From Leucoraja ocellata (taxonomy: Eukaryota), in the NCBI GenBank assembly GCA_036785375.1, contig JAWMAR010000214.1, forward strand, positions 1,612,001-1,676,000: 64,000 nucleotides of DNA, in the 5' to 3' direction. Below, in pieces: positions 1-12,395 of this stretch (position 1 is its first letter; every line of letters begins with the position of its first letter). The notes under the pieces were generated by a model. It saw only the letters and a program-made list of their open reading frames with translations. It ran no database searches and was not told where the DNA came from. Both the position numbers and the translations under genes were made by a program.

Positions 1-532
1 TACACTGGTGACCAGAACTGTATGCAGTACCAAACTACATACAGTTCTAGCATATCCTTCCTGCTATGATTATCTCTGCTTTGGCTAATACAGGAAAGGA
101 TCCCATATGCCTATTTAACCACATTATTGATGTTGTTATCTTTATCTTAAAGGACCTGCCACGTGTGTATATTAAATTATCTAATGAACTTACTTTTTTT
201 TTTTTGCTTTAAAATTTCACTCTGGTTTGTGGTCTGTTTTAAATGTCTGCATAATTACAATGTTTTATTTCATGATTGCTTGTATTAGTAGTCAACCTCA
301 CACTTCAAAACAAATAAATACTAATTGGCCAATGAAAGGTATTTTTAATCAGATATTATATTCATTTTATTTTTTCATAAATGCAATATAATGCATAACA
401 ATATGTCTTTTCCATTTTTTTAAATTGTTGATTTGAATAATTGGATAACTGGTTTCAATTTTAAATTCTCCTACCTATTTTTTTTCTATATAACTCCCCA
501 TAGGAGGAAAACATCCTACTGAAGTCTTTATT

Positions 533-639
533 ACATAGAAACATAGAAAATAGGTGCAGGAGTAGGCCATTCGGCCCTTCGAGCCTGCACCGCCATTCAA
601 TATGATCATGGCTGATCATCCAACTCAGTATCCTGTACC
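533..639 (-). mobile_element. CR1/HER1 LINE 3' end
   Basis: Reverse complement of the ...GGCCTACTCCTGCACCTATTTTCTATGTTTCTATGT tail; nearly identical to copies ending at 14019 and 39728. Confidence 0.9.
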
Positions 640-995
640 ATTACTATTATATCTTTGCTCATCTATTTAGAGTATTAGGAGAAGAAAATGGGAAAAGGGT
701 ACATGCCCAGCAGAAACATCCAAATGGACAATTGCACAATCAATTTGGACTTCCTGAAGCCAGACCCAATGTTTAGAGAGTCAGAGTGGTGGAGCATGGA
801 AACAAGCCATTGAGCCTAGCTTGTCTGTGCTAACCAAGATGTCTATTCAAGCTGGCCCATTTGTCTGTTTTTGGCCCATATCTCTTGAGATATTTTCCAA
901 CCTATCCAAACCTCATAAAACATTGTAGCATCCGTCTTGGTTTCATACACAGATAGTTCTGCTATAACACGATAGTTGCATTTCTAAGCAACCTC

Positions 996-1297
996 ATTTT
1001 AGTTTTAGAGATACAGCGCGGAAACAGGCCCTTCGGCCCACCGAGTCCGCACCAACCAACGATCCCCGCATATTAACACTATCCTACATACACTGGGGCC
1101 AATTTACACTTATACCAAGTCAATTAACCTACATACCTGTACGTCTTTGGAGTGTGGGAGGAAACTGAAAATCTCTGAGAAAACCCACCGAGGTCACGGG
1201 AAGAACATAGAAACTCTGTACAGACAGCACCCATAGTTGGGATTGAACGCGGGTTTCCGGCTCTGTAAGGCAGCAACTCTACCGCTGTACCACCATG
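996..1297 (-). mobile_element. HE1-type tRNA-derived V-SINE, full length
   Basis: tRNA-like head, V-domain (GGGTTTTCTC...TTTCCTCCCACACTCCAAAGAC) and CR1-like tail GGGCCGAAGGGCCTGTTTCC...CTAAA. Confidence 0.9.
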
Positions 1298-1529
1298 CTG
1301 TTATGGAAAATTGTGTTGCAAAAACAGTGGTTTCAATGAGGAAAGGAATTTCGGGGCCTCAAGAGTTTCAGGCTTGCAAGTACAAAATTATTTCTGCCAC
1401 AGGATTTTCAAAAATAAAGGTCTATTTAACAGGTTTATTTTTGTGACTGTAAGATAGAAAAACCAAAGGTTTTATGTTACTTTGTTTAAAACCATTGCAC
1501 AAATGCCTCAAAAAGGCAGTCATCATCAT

Positions 1530-1985
1530 CAGATTCAGATTCAGATTGAACTTTATTGACATTGTGCAGTGTACAGTACAGAGACAACGAAATGCAGTTA
1601 GCATCTCCCTAGAAGAGCGACATAAATATGAGCAATAAATAAATCTATTTACGTGCATACAGTCATAGTATTTTTTTCCTGGTGGGAGGAGTGACCGGGG
1701 GTGGGGGGGGGGGGGGGGGGGGGGGCGATTGGCAATAATCGAGGTACAGTGTTGAGTAGTGTAACAGCCGCAGGGAAGAAGCTGCTCCTGGACCTGCTGG
1801 TCCGGCAACGAAGAGACCTGTAGCGCCTCCCGGATGGTAGGAGGGTAAACAGTCTGTGGTTGGGGTGAGAGCAGTCCTTGGCGATGCTGAGCGCCCTTCG
1901 CAGACAACGTTTGCTTTGGACAGACTCGAGTGAGGAACCGGTGATGCGTTGGGCAATTTTCACCACCCTCTGCAGTGCTTTCCGG
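1530..1985 (-). mobile_element. Rex1/Babar LINE 3' fragment
   Basis: Translation RKALQRVVKIAQRITG...LLPSGRRYRSL...FFPAAVTLLN; AATAAA then a (TGAATC)n tail. Confidence 0.85.
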
Positions 1986-1989
1986 TTTA

Positions 1990-2318
1990 GAGACCCACGC
2001 CAGCCCGGCCACACTCTCATTTCATTCTTGCCATCGGGGAGAAGGTATAGGAGCCTGAAAACTGTAAGTTCTAGGTTCAGAAGCAACTTCCCTACAACCA
2101 TCAGGCTATTAAACACTGCAACCTCCAAATAAGTTTCGAACTACATGGAACTACATAACTACATTATTATTGTTTTTTTTTTTTAATGTATACAACTATT
2201 TTGTTATTTATTATGGTGTTTACAGGGTACTATGTTTACATATCTGTTGTGCTGCTGTAAGTAAGAATTTCATTGTTCCATTTCTGGACATATGACAATA
2301 AAGCACTCTTGATTCTTG
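1990..2318 (+). mobile_element. Rex1/Babar LINE 3' fragment (different subfamily)
   Basis: HTLISFLPSGRRYRSLKT...FPTTIRLLN, 3'UTR with ACAATAAA and a TCTTGA tail. Confidence 0.85.
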
Positions 2319-2920
2319 AAGTAATTCTAATCAATTTCAATAGCCACCGGTAGTGCAAGTGACATTTTGTGTTCTTTAACAGTTGTGTCTGATTACTGCA
2401 CAGAGGTTACATTGAAATATCCTAGACTATTTTTTCTTCCAAGACAACTTTTCTCTGTCAATTTCCAAAGTAATTTTTAAGTTATTTTCTACTTCCCAAC
2501 AGATATTGAGTTTTAACCAATGGGGTCCTCATTAATATAAATAGAGACCCATAATTAAATCAATTGTGCCGTATTCAGTTTGCGATATGAAAACATGCAT
2601 TTTGGCAGAACTGTCTGTTCATCTCTACAGGTACATGGAGTAGGCTGATATCAGCGTTTAAATGTTTTTGATTTCTGTGGATATGTGGTGTATCCTCATG
2701 GAAAACAGTTTAATATTTAGTGGTGCAGCAATGATGTAGTTTGATTTGCCTTTTTTTTGTAATAAATACTATGCTTGGCTGTTAGAGTCTACTGTATAGG
2801 CCTCCCACCAATTTTGTTACATGTCCTCTGTTCAAATATTGCCACATTTGATTGGGTTCTCCCAATTTACGCTCCACAAAGGCCTTTGCTCCATAGGTTC
2901 TTGTTCAGAAATTGGAGATT

Positions 2921-2952
2921 AGAGAGAGAGAGAGAGAGAGCACGAGAGAGAG
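2921..2952. repeat. (GA)n microsatellite
   Basis: AGAGAG run read directly. Confidence 0.9.
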
Positions 2953-3004
2953 GACAAGGGGAGGATTTTGCAAAGTGTGCAGACAGAAAGTCAGGATGTT
3001 TGGT

Positions 3005-3450
3005 TTTAGAATCATTGTGTTAAACAGCACAGAAATTATTTCTTCAGCCCAGCGCATCCACACCGACCAAGGTGCCTACTGGTATTTGGCCCATATCCCT
3101 AGAAACCATTTCTATCCATGCACCTGTCCAAATGTCTTTTAATAGCTGTCATTGTTCCTGCCTCTGCCTCTACCACTTCCTCTGGCAGCTTGTTCCATGT
3201 ACCCACCTCCCTCTATGGAAAGAATGGCCCCTCAGATCCTCCTTACATCTTACCCTTTTCAAACCGGTACCCTACAGTTTTAGACGTTGTTTAGACAGTT
3301 TTAGTTCTGAGTTGGATGATCAGCCATGATCATATTGAATGGCGGTGCAGGCTCGAAGGGCCGAATGGCCTACTCCTGCACCTAATTTCTATGTTTCTAG
3401 ACTCCACTACCCCGAGAAAAAGATGATGACCATCAACCTTATCTATGTCC
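3005..3450 (-). mobile_element. Old CR1 3' fragment with a nested young + strand CR1 tail (~3307-3398)
   Basis: TTTGGCCCATATCCCT and CAGCTTGTTCCA motifs on the minus strand; the insert ends CCTAATTTCTATGTTTCTA. Confidence 0.75.
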
Positions 3451-4176
3451 TATGAATATGCATAACTCTGACTATGATTTTAAGGAAGGGAGAAATATTG
3501 TGGGTGTGGGGAACAATTAGATGAATGGGTTGGCGGGATGAAGTCAGTTAGGGAGGTAATCGGAAAGAGAGGAGGAATTACTGAGGTAATGGCATGCAAA
3601 CAGGAAGGGGTGGGATAATTAATCATCATGAGAATTTAAAAGAGCTATCCAGCTGGTGGAAGATTGAATCACTTGCACTCTTTTGGCAGTGAAATGACAA
3701 AGTAATCTAGCTATAGGCATCATCCGTCTAGTTGAGATCTGTGCAATTGTTTGTGGACCAAATTGTTTTTGGACCCCATACAAATGGTGCAGTTGCATGA
3801 AAAACTATTTAAAAATCTGTATTGTGTATCTTTTGAAACCACTGTGTGTGTCAATAACATGAAAACAGGAGCTGGATTTAATTTCAAGAAGTTTGCTACC
3901 TTTTTTTAAATTTAAATGCCATTATCTAAAACACATAAACAAGCACCTTGTAATGGAATTTCCAGGCCAATGACTTCTTAAATCATATCTATTGAAAATT
4001 ATCCATCAGACTAGATGAACTAGTGTAGAAAATAATGTTGATTTGCAAATGTATTTTAAATGTTCTATCTGAAGTAGTTTCTGCAGCTCTTTTCCAATAT
4101 CTGCAAGGTCCAGATGTCATGATTTATCAGAACATAAAGCATTTCTGCTTCCTACTGGCATGTTTCCACTCCAATG

Positions 4177-4952
4177 AATAATAATAATCATTTAATAATA
4201 ATAATTTATTTGTCATTCAAACATATAAGTAAACATTTGAACAAAATGTCATTCCTCACGGGGCTGAGGTGCAAGGCGCATAGTGGTTGATATTGATGTA
4301 CGGTGCCAGTGCAGCGGGTGTGTGTGTGCGTTGGGGGGCAGCAGGGTGTTCATTATTCTACCAGCCACAGGGAAGAAGCTGTTGCACATCCTGGTGGTGC
4401 TGGCTTTGATGCTCAGGTACCTCATGCTGGACAGCAGAGGGGCAAAGAGTCCATGGGAGGGGTGGGAGGAGTCCCTTATAATGTTGGAGGCTTTTCAGAG
4501 GCATCTTTTGTAGAAAATATCCAGAATGGATGGGAGAGGCTCCCCAATGATGTTCTCCGCTGCAGGGTCTTCCTGCCTGATGCGATGCCGTTCCCGTACC
4601 AGACGGTGATGCAGCTGGTCATGACGCTCTCTATGGTACCTCTGTAGAACACGGAGAGGGGCAAGCCTCGCTCGTTTCAGCCTCCTGAGGATGTACAGCC
4701 TCTGCTAAGCCCTCCCAGCCAGGTGTGTAGTGTTGAGAGACCAGGAGAGGTCATCAGTGATGTGCATCCCTATGAATTTGATGTTGCTCACCCTCTCCAT
4801 GATGGAGCCATTAATGTGCAGGGGGGTGGGCAGCTTGCATTCTCCTGATCTCTTTGGTCTTTGGTTCAGAGACAGATTGCTGTCTTCGCTCCAGTTCATA
4901 AGCTGTGCCACTTCCTCTCTGTAGGCAGTCTCATTGTTGTCTCTGATGAGGC
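4177..4952 (-). mobile_element. Rex1/Babar LINE fragment
   Basis: FYRGTIESVMTSCITVWYG and KFIGMHITDDLSWS motifs; (ATT)n tail. Confidence 0.8.
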
Positions 4953-4975
4953 AACAATGAATATTTAAGATGGAT

Positions 4976-5675
4976 CATAGTCATAGAGCTATAAGGAGTG
5001 GAAACGGGACCTTTGGCCCATCTTGACCATGCAAACCAAGTTCACATTCTCGGTTAGTCCTACTTCCTGCATTTGGCCCATATTCCTCTAAACCCTTCCT
5101 ATCCATCTGTCCATATGGCTTTTGAAAATTGTAATAGTATCTGCTGCAATAGGTTCAGGTCCCATAGAGTGAACTTTTAATCTCTGAGTGAAAAAGTTCC
5201 CCCTAAGGTCCCTCTTAAATCTATCCTCCTCACCTTAAGCCTATAGCATCAAGCTTTAGAAACCTCTATCCTGGGAAAAAGATTGAGCATCCACTTTATT
5301 TATTTCCATCATGATTTTGCATACTTCAGTCAGGCACCCCTCAGCCTCCTTCGCTCAAAGAAAATAGTCTATCTCAGTCAATAACTCAAGCCCACAAGCC
5401 TGAATAACATACTGGTGAATCTCTTCTGCACCTTTTCCAATTTAATGACATGCTTCCTATAGCTGGACAACCGGAACTACACACAGATTCCAAGTGTGGT
5501 CTCACTGACAACTTGTACAGCTGCATTATGATGTTTCAACTGTCTACCCAAAGTACTGGTGATTGTTGGTTGGCAGGGTCTTGGTAGTCCGAAGAGCCTG
5601 TTTCCACGCTGTATCTCTAAACTAAACTAAACCAAATTAAACCTTTCCAGATGAAGGCAAGCTTGCCAAATGCCC
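4976..5675 (-). mobile_element. CR1 fragment with a nested + strand HE1 tail (~5557-5641)
   Basis: CR1 3' (CTATGA)n tail and ORF2 C-terminal motifs; the insert ends CTAAACTAAACTAAAC. Confidence 0.75.
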
Positions 5676-5817
5676 TGCAATTTGTTATGAATCAATCAAA
5701 AGATTAATGAGATGTTTACTTGAAGGTGGTTTAATGCATTTTGAGCTGAATATTAGGAATTCTAAAATAAATTGTTAATCTAAATTGCGATTCATGTATA
5801 CGCATTATATGGAAATA

Positions 5818-6110
5818 CAGGCCATCCCAGGTTTACGAATGCCCAACTAATCCCTGCAGCAAACAAGCTTCATTAATGGCATTAAATTCTCAAGTCTGAC
5901 ATAGGCACATGCATTAATTCCTATGAACAGCAGAACTAGTTTCCCCTCTCCATTTATACCAATTGTTCTTTCTCGTCAGTCTTGAGTGTTTTTGAAGTCA
6001 TTGATTGCAATACTGTGGATGTATGGTTGCCATATCAAGTGATTTTTGTTCATTTTTGGATAAAATCAACTTGGGCATCACTAAGAATGTGATTACCTGG
6101 CAACAACCTG
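5818..6110. mobile_element. Old Tc1/mariner (Tigger-like) MITE
   Basis: TA|CAGG...CCTG|TA boundaries; the TIR beyond 4 nt is degenerate. Confidence 0.4.
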
Positions 6111-6201
6111 TACAGAATGTGCAAGGCAATAATACCCCACTTAATGCAGGGATTTATGGCCCATAATATCCTCCTCATGCTGTTTCAAATATAATTTTCA
6201 G

Positions 6202-6566
6202 CAGTGGTTCCCAACGTGGGGCGTACGCCCCACAGGGGGGCAATTTGATTTTTAAGGGGGGCAATTGAGCGCGACTGAGGTCTGGGTCCAAATTTTCGAT
6301 TTTTATTTTTTAGGATTTTCCATCAGGTAAACATATGTAGTTTATGTTTCAGATGTTATTTTGAGTAAGTAATTTTTTGGGGGTAAAAAAGGTCTTTATT
6401 GTGTAGTTATTACAACCAAGGTATTGGCGTTTTAAGCTTCTTCAGCTGAAACGGAGTTCACCTTTTAAATTATAAGAATTATATATCACCACATGGGGGG
6501 GGGGGGGCATCAGGATTTTAGAGGTGATTAGGTGGGGCATGGCCAAAAAAAGGTTGGGAACCACTG
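6202..6566. mobile_element. hAT (Charlie-type) MITE
   Basis: 14-bp TIR CAGTGGTTCCCAAC; 8-bp TSD ATTTTCAG/ATTTACAG (7 of 8 match). Confidence 0.9.
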
Positions 6567-6835
6567 ATTTACAGCATATTCTTCAATTCCCTACATATGC
6601 CTGTGAAGCCTTTTCTTACATTTATGCATAATAATTCCCTTACCATTGCATGTATGCTTCTTTATCGATGAAAAGGTATCCTCTGAATTTGAATTTAATT
6701 ATTTCTTAGTGACTGTTTTATATCTTTAATCTTTCAGATACATAATGATACAAATGGAAAGATCTAACCGTTTATTAATATATGTTGTAATTTTACAGAT
6801 CTCTTGATTCATCCCTTCATCTAAAGAAGAAACTT

Positions 6836-8752
6836 AGTTTAGAGGGTGGTGAATCTGTGGAATTCTTTGCCACAGAAGGCTGTGGAGGCCAAGTCAGTTG
6901 ATATTTTTAAGGCAGAGATAGATAGATTCTTGATCAGTACAGGTGTCAGAGGCTGTGGGGAGAAGGCAGGAGAATGGAGTTAGGAAGTAGTGGTCATCAG
7001 TGGTGTTCAGCAGGGCTCAGTGCTTGTGAGAATCAAGAGTGTTTTATTGTCATATGTTCTGAAACAATGGAATTCTTACTGGCAGCAGCACAACAATGTA
7101 AACATAGTACTCGGTAGATATCATATTAAACAACAAAAAGATCAATAAACAAAAAAAATATATAGTACAAAAACAAAGCGCAAGTCCCTCGTGCAACCCT
7201 GGCAGTTTGTAGCTCGGAGTTTAGTTGGAGTTTGTAGTGTTCAATAGCCTGATGGCGGTTGGGAAGAAGCTGTTCCTGAACCCCAACGTTCCAGCTTTAA
7301 GGCTCTGATACCTTGTTCCTGATGGCAGGAATGAAATGAGAGCATGGCCAGGGTGGTGTGGGTTCTTGATGATGCTGGCTGCCTCTTTGAGGCTGTCTCC
7401 TATAGATCCCTTAGACAGCAGGTAAGTCAATACTGGGCAGTGTTCACCACTTCTTGTAATCTACTTCGTTCCTGAGTGCTCCAGTTGCATAACCAGGCCC
7501 TGATGCAAGCAGTCAATATACGCTTTACCCTACATCTGTAGAAGTTCAAGAGGGTATTCATCGACACACTGAATATCCTCAATCTTCGAAGGAAGTAGAG
7601 GCATGGATGGGCTTTCCTTATGATTGCATCAGTGTGTTCGGTCCAGGACAGATTCTCAGAAATTTGCGCACACAGGAATTTGAAGTAGTTGACTCTCTCC
7701 ACTGTCAATGGAGACAGGTTTGTGAAACTTCAGCATGTGCCGCTGTTATTTATATATGTGACTTAGATGAAATGTATATGGGCTGTTTAGTAAAAATTAC
7801 AGGATTACAAAAATTGGTGAAACTGTGGATTTTGAAGAAGATAGTTTAAGGATGTAGATCAATTGGAAATGTGAGCAGACAAACGGCAGGTGGAGTTTGA
7901 TCCCGACTGGTGTAAGGTGTTGCACTTTGGGAGGTCAAAAACACGAGGAAAGCACGCAATAAATGACAGGACCCTTATGAACATTAAGGTGCAGACTGCA
8001 GGAAAGAGCTGGAGATGCTGGTTTAAACTGAAGATGCTGGAGTAACGAGGACGAGACTCGAAACATCACTCATTCCTTCACTCCAAAGGTGCAGCCTGTC
8101 TGGCTGAGTTACTCCAGCATTTTGTGTCTATTAACATTTGGAGGATCTAGGGATACAAGTCTATAACATCTTAAAAGTGGCAACTCAAGTGGATAAACTG
8201 GTAAAGAAGGTAAATGGCAATTAGTATAAAAGCTGGACATTCATGTTGCAGTTATATAAACCTTTGGTTGTTACACATTTAGAGTTTGTGTATAGTTCTG
8301 CTGGGCATATTATGAGTAAGATATGGAACCTTTCGTGAGGGTTCAGAAGAGATTCAGCAAGATATTGCCTGGATTAGAGAGTATTAGGAGAGGTTGGAGA
8401 GGGGTGACCTGATACAAGTGCATACAATTTTGATGGGATAAAGAGAGGATAAAGAGTGAATTTTTCTCCCACAGTGAAAATATCAAATACCGGAGGGAAT
8501 AGCTTTTAGATGAGAGGAGGGACGTTTAAAAGAGATTTACAAGGCTGGTTTTGTTCACAGAGACAGAGTGTGGTAGGTACCTGGAAGCAGTTATGATAGC
8601 ATTGTTTAAAAGGCATTTAGACAGGCATTTGAGCAGGCGGGTAGGATATAGACCATACACAGACAAATTGGATTAGTTTAAATCGGCATTATGGTCAGCA
8701 CAGGTGTGATGGCTTGTAGGGCTTGTTTCTGTGTTGTGCTGTTCTATGTTCT
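6836..8752 (+). mobile_element. CR1 fragments (6836-6985 and 6988-8752), split by Rex1 and Penelope-derived inserts
   Basis: The RT motif SGV.QGSVL is interrupted at ~7030 and resumes at ~7740; the tail TTCTATGTTCTA is at ~8750. Confidence 0.75.
7030..7706 (-). mobile_element. Rex1/Babar LINE 3' fragment
   Basis: ORFs 7427..7708 and 7221..7430 (KFL..ISENLSW, LYFLRRL, HPGHALISFLPSG). Confidence 0.85.
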
Positions 8753-9252
8753 ACACATAGTGCTGAAATTCATTTGACAATTACAAGTCTATTCTACAAG
8801 TTTTTTTAATGCCACGTTGTAATTTGTTGCAGTCATCTGAATTTTCTGAATTTGTAGTCGGCAGGGCAGTACTCTGCATATCGCCAGTCCTTCTAGTATT
8901 GGCCATCTGTCACCCCTAATTACTTGTTATTCCCCAACCTAGGAATTACCTTGTTGTCAAAGTTCAATTTTTTTATTCTAAGTAATGAACCAGCAATGTT
9001 TCTAGCACTCATTTACATTTGCCATTATGTTGAGCAAAGCTGTTTTTCAAGCACAATACATTGAGCAATTTTAAACACTAAAACTTAGGAACGATATCTT
9101 GACTTTGGAGGCATATTAGCCTAGATATATAGAGCAAAGTTTGAATTCCAATGATTAAATAAGAAATCATTATACAAACTATAATTGTATTTTCTGAAAT
9201 TTTAAGAGTCATTTGGTTGAAATGTTGAAGTTACCAGGGAGAACTAATTGGA

Positions 9253-10682
9253 CAGTCAAGAGAGTTTATTGTCATGTGTCCCAGATAGGACAATGAAATT
9301 CTTGCTTGCTGCAGCACAACAGAATATTGCAAGCATAAATACAGAACAGATCAGTGTGTCTATATACCATAGAAAATGTATATGCACACATAAATAAACA
9401 GATAAAGTGCAATAGGCTGTCATTGTTCAGAGTTTGTTTGATGGCAAGTTTAATAGCCTGATGGCTGTGGGGAAGAAGTTGTTCATGAACCTGGATGTAC
9501 CAGATTTCAGGCTCCTGTACCTTCTACCTGATGGCAGCGGAGAGATGAGTGTGGCCAGGATGGTGTGGATCCTTGATGATGCTAGCAGCCTTTTTGAGGC
9601 GGCGACTGAGATAGATCCCTTCAATGGTGAGGAGGTCAGAGTTGATGATGGACTGGGCAGTGATCATAACTTTCTGCATTCTTTTCCGCTCCTGGACGCT
9701 CAAGTTGCCAAACCAAGCCACGATGCAACCAGTCAGCATGCTCTCTACTGTGCACCAATAGAAGTTCGAGAGAGTCCTCTTTGACATATCGACTCTCCAT
9801 AATCTTCTCTGGAAGTAGAGGCGCTGATGTGCTTTCTTTATAATTGCATCAGTGTGCTGGGACCAGGAAAGTTCTTCGGAAATATGCACGCCCAGGAATT
9901 TGAAGTTCTTGACCCTTTCCACCATTGATATAAATGGGACTGTGGGTACCTATCCTACCCTTCCAAAGTCCACAATCATTTCCTTGGTTTTTCTGGTGTT
10001 GAGAGCCAGTTTATTATGCTGGCACCATTTGGTCAGTCGGTCGATCTCGCCTCCATACTCTGACTCATCGCCATCAGTGATTCATCCCACAACGGTGGTG
10101 TCATCGGCGAACTTGATGATGGAGTTCGCACTATGTCCAGCTACGCAGTCATGAGTATAGAGTGAGTAAAGCAGAGGGCTGAGCACGCAGCCTTGATGTG
10201 CTCCTGTGCTGATTGTTATCGTGGATGACACATTTCCACCAATACGGACAGACTGTGGTCTGTGGATGAGGAAGTCGAGGATACAATTGCAGAGGGATGC
10301 GCAGAGATCCAGATCTGAGAGCTTGGTAACCAGCTTGGAGAGGATGATGGTATTAAACACCGAGTTGTAGTCAATAAATAACAGCCCGAAATATGAGTTT
10401 TTGTTGTCAAAATGGTCCAGTGCGGAGTGGAGAGCCAGTGAGATCGCCTCCACCGTTGATCTGTAGTGGTGGTAAGCGAACTGCAGTGGGTCGAGGTTCT
10501 TGTCGAGGTAGGTTGATACGCGCCATAATCAACCTCTCAAAGCACTTCATCACCACCGACGTTAGTGCCACTGGTAGATAGTCATTGAGGCACGTCACCT
10601 TGCTCTTCTTGGGCACTGGTATTATTGATGCTCTTTTAAAGCAGGTGGGAACATCAGACCTCAGAAGTGAGAGGTTGAAATA
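9253..10682 (-). mobile_element. Rex1/Babar LINE, 5'-truncated, frameshifted RT
   Basis: [58 protein letters not shown]; 3' tail present. Confidence 0.92.
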
Positions 10683-11744
10683 GATGTAATATTTAGATCT
10701 AATACTTTGTTCTGCTAATGAGTCTAGCACTAGGGGTCATTGCTTAAAAAAATATGTCAGATTTAACAGGAAGCAGCGGATACTATAAATTTTGATCCCT
10801 TGTAAATTGATGCCAAATCAATTGTTCATCTTAATTCTAAATGAATGTTAGCACAAGGGGCTATTATTAATTATTATTATTTAAGTCAGGTCGGGGGGAG
10901 TTCCCCTTGCCACAGGTACCGTGTAATCCTGTGCTACCTGCTCCATGGTCAGATAGTCGGCGACTAAAGCGTTTCTCCCACCTGGTTTGCCAGGTGAGGA
11001 GGGGGCTGTGGACCCCCAGCAGGACCAAAAACAAGACCTGTCAAAGGGCGGATGAGCTCCTAGCGAGCCAACGGCCATCCACACCTCAGTAGAAGTTGTG
11101 ATCACTGTCGTACATAGCATTGTAAGGAATTGACACACAGGTCATATGAAAGTCCTGACATCCCAGGAATCAGTCTGGTGAACCTTGACTGTACTCCCTC
11201 TATGGCAAGATTAAGAGCCCAAAACTGTACCAATACTCCAGGTGTGGTCTCACCAAGACCCTGTACAACTGCAGTAAAACCTCTCTGCTCCTATACTCAA
11301 ATCCTTTTGCTATGAATGCTAACATACCATTCGCTTTCTTCACTGCCTGCTGCACCTGCATGCCTACTTTCAATGACTGGTGAACCATGACACCCAGGTC
11401 TCGTTGCATCTCCCCTTTTCCTATTCGGCCACAATTCAGATAATAGTCTACTTTCCTGTTTTTGCCACCAAAGTGGATAACCTCACATTTATATGCACAT
11501 TATACTGCATCTGCCATGCATTTGCCCACTCACCCAGCCTATCCAAGTCACCTTGCAGCCTCCTAATTTAAATGGTTTAGAGATGTTTAGAGGGCTTCAG
11601 ATGGGTTTGGGTGTGTTTAGAATTGTTTAGAGGGGAACAGAGGGAAATAGGGGGGCTAGAGGGGGTTTAGAGGTGTTCAGATGGTCCCAGAGGGGTTTAG
11701 AGACGTTATAAGCCCCCCGTGAGAAATTGTAATTCTCTGAAATT

Positions 11745-12015
11745 GAAGATAGACATAAAGCTGGAGTAACTCAGCAGGCCGACTCTGGAGCGAACACCCT
11801 TCTTCAGACCGAACTGAACTCACGTCGGTGAGAGTACTTGTGATTGTCTGAAGAAGGGTCTCGACCAGAAACGCAACCCTCTCCCCAGAGCCGCTGCCCC
11901 TCCCGCTGAGCCACCTTCAACTTCAGAGCCAAACAAAAAACAGAGTGCTGGAGGAACTCAGCGGGCCAGGTGGCTGCCTCACCCGCTGGGTTTCTCCAGC
12001 ATTTTTGTCTACCGC
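11745..12015. mobile_element. Penelope-derived inverted repeat with hammerhead-like motifs
   Basis: CCCTTCTTCAGAC facing TCTGAAGAAGGGTCTCGACCAGAAACG; GCTGGAGTAACTCAG / CTCCAGCATTTTTGT arms. Confidence 0.7.
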
Positions 12016-12274
12016 TAAACATCAATGATTCCGGGAATGATGAGGGGACAGGGTGATAGAGAGGGAGTGGGAGAGCTAGAGAGAGACGATATGGGGAGCG
12101 GGAGAGAGAGCGCGAGAGAAAGGGAGGGAGGGAGAGAGCAAAAGACAAAGAGACACAACGTGGGTCGGTAGGTGAATGACTAACCTGCACACCAGGAAGA
12201 AGCCCCTTCACGCGGTCCGGGGCCCTCACTCATGATGGTGAGTTTAATGAAATTCTCAATGTGTCATCGATCTA

Positions 12275-12395
12275 CATTCCTCAGTAAATGTAATTGTGTT
12301 TTAAACAAGTATTAATGACGCCGCGTGAATTTTATTCAAAGGAACACGGCGTCATTAATACTTGTTCAAAACACAATGACATTTACTGAGCAATG
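12275..12395. repeat. Long inverted repeat (49-bp arms, 3 mismatches)
   Basis: 12275-12323 is the reverse complement of 12347-12395; imperfect extension to ~12257/12421. Confidence 0.9.

Noticed and set aside
2683-2740. ATG TGG TGT (MWC...) resembling another IQSEC1 start
   Set aside because: Reads MWCILMENSLIFSGAAMM* with no suitable donor and no further similarity.
11570-11705. Interstitial telomeric repeat
   Set aside because: The unit is GGGGTTTAGA-like, not TTAGGG, and it lies inside a transposon.
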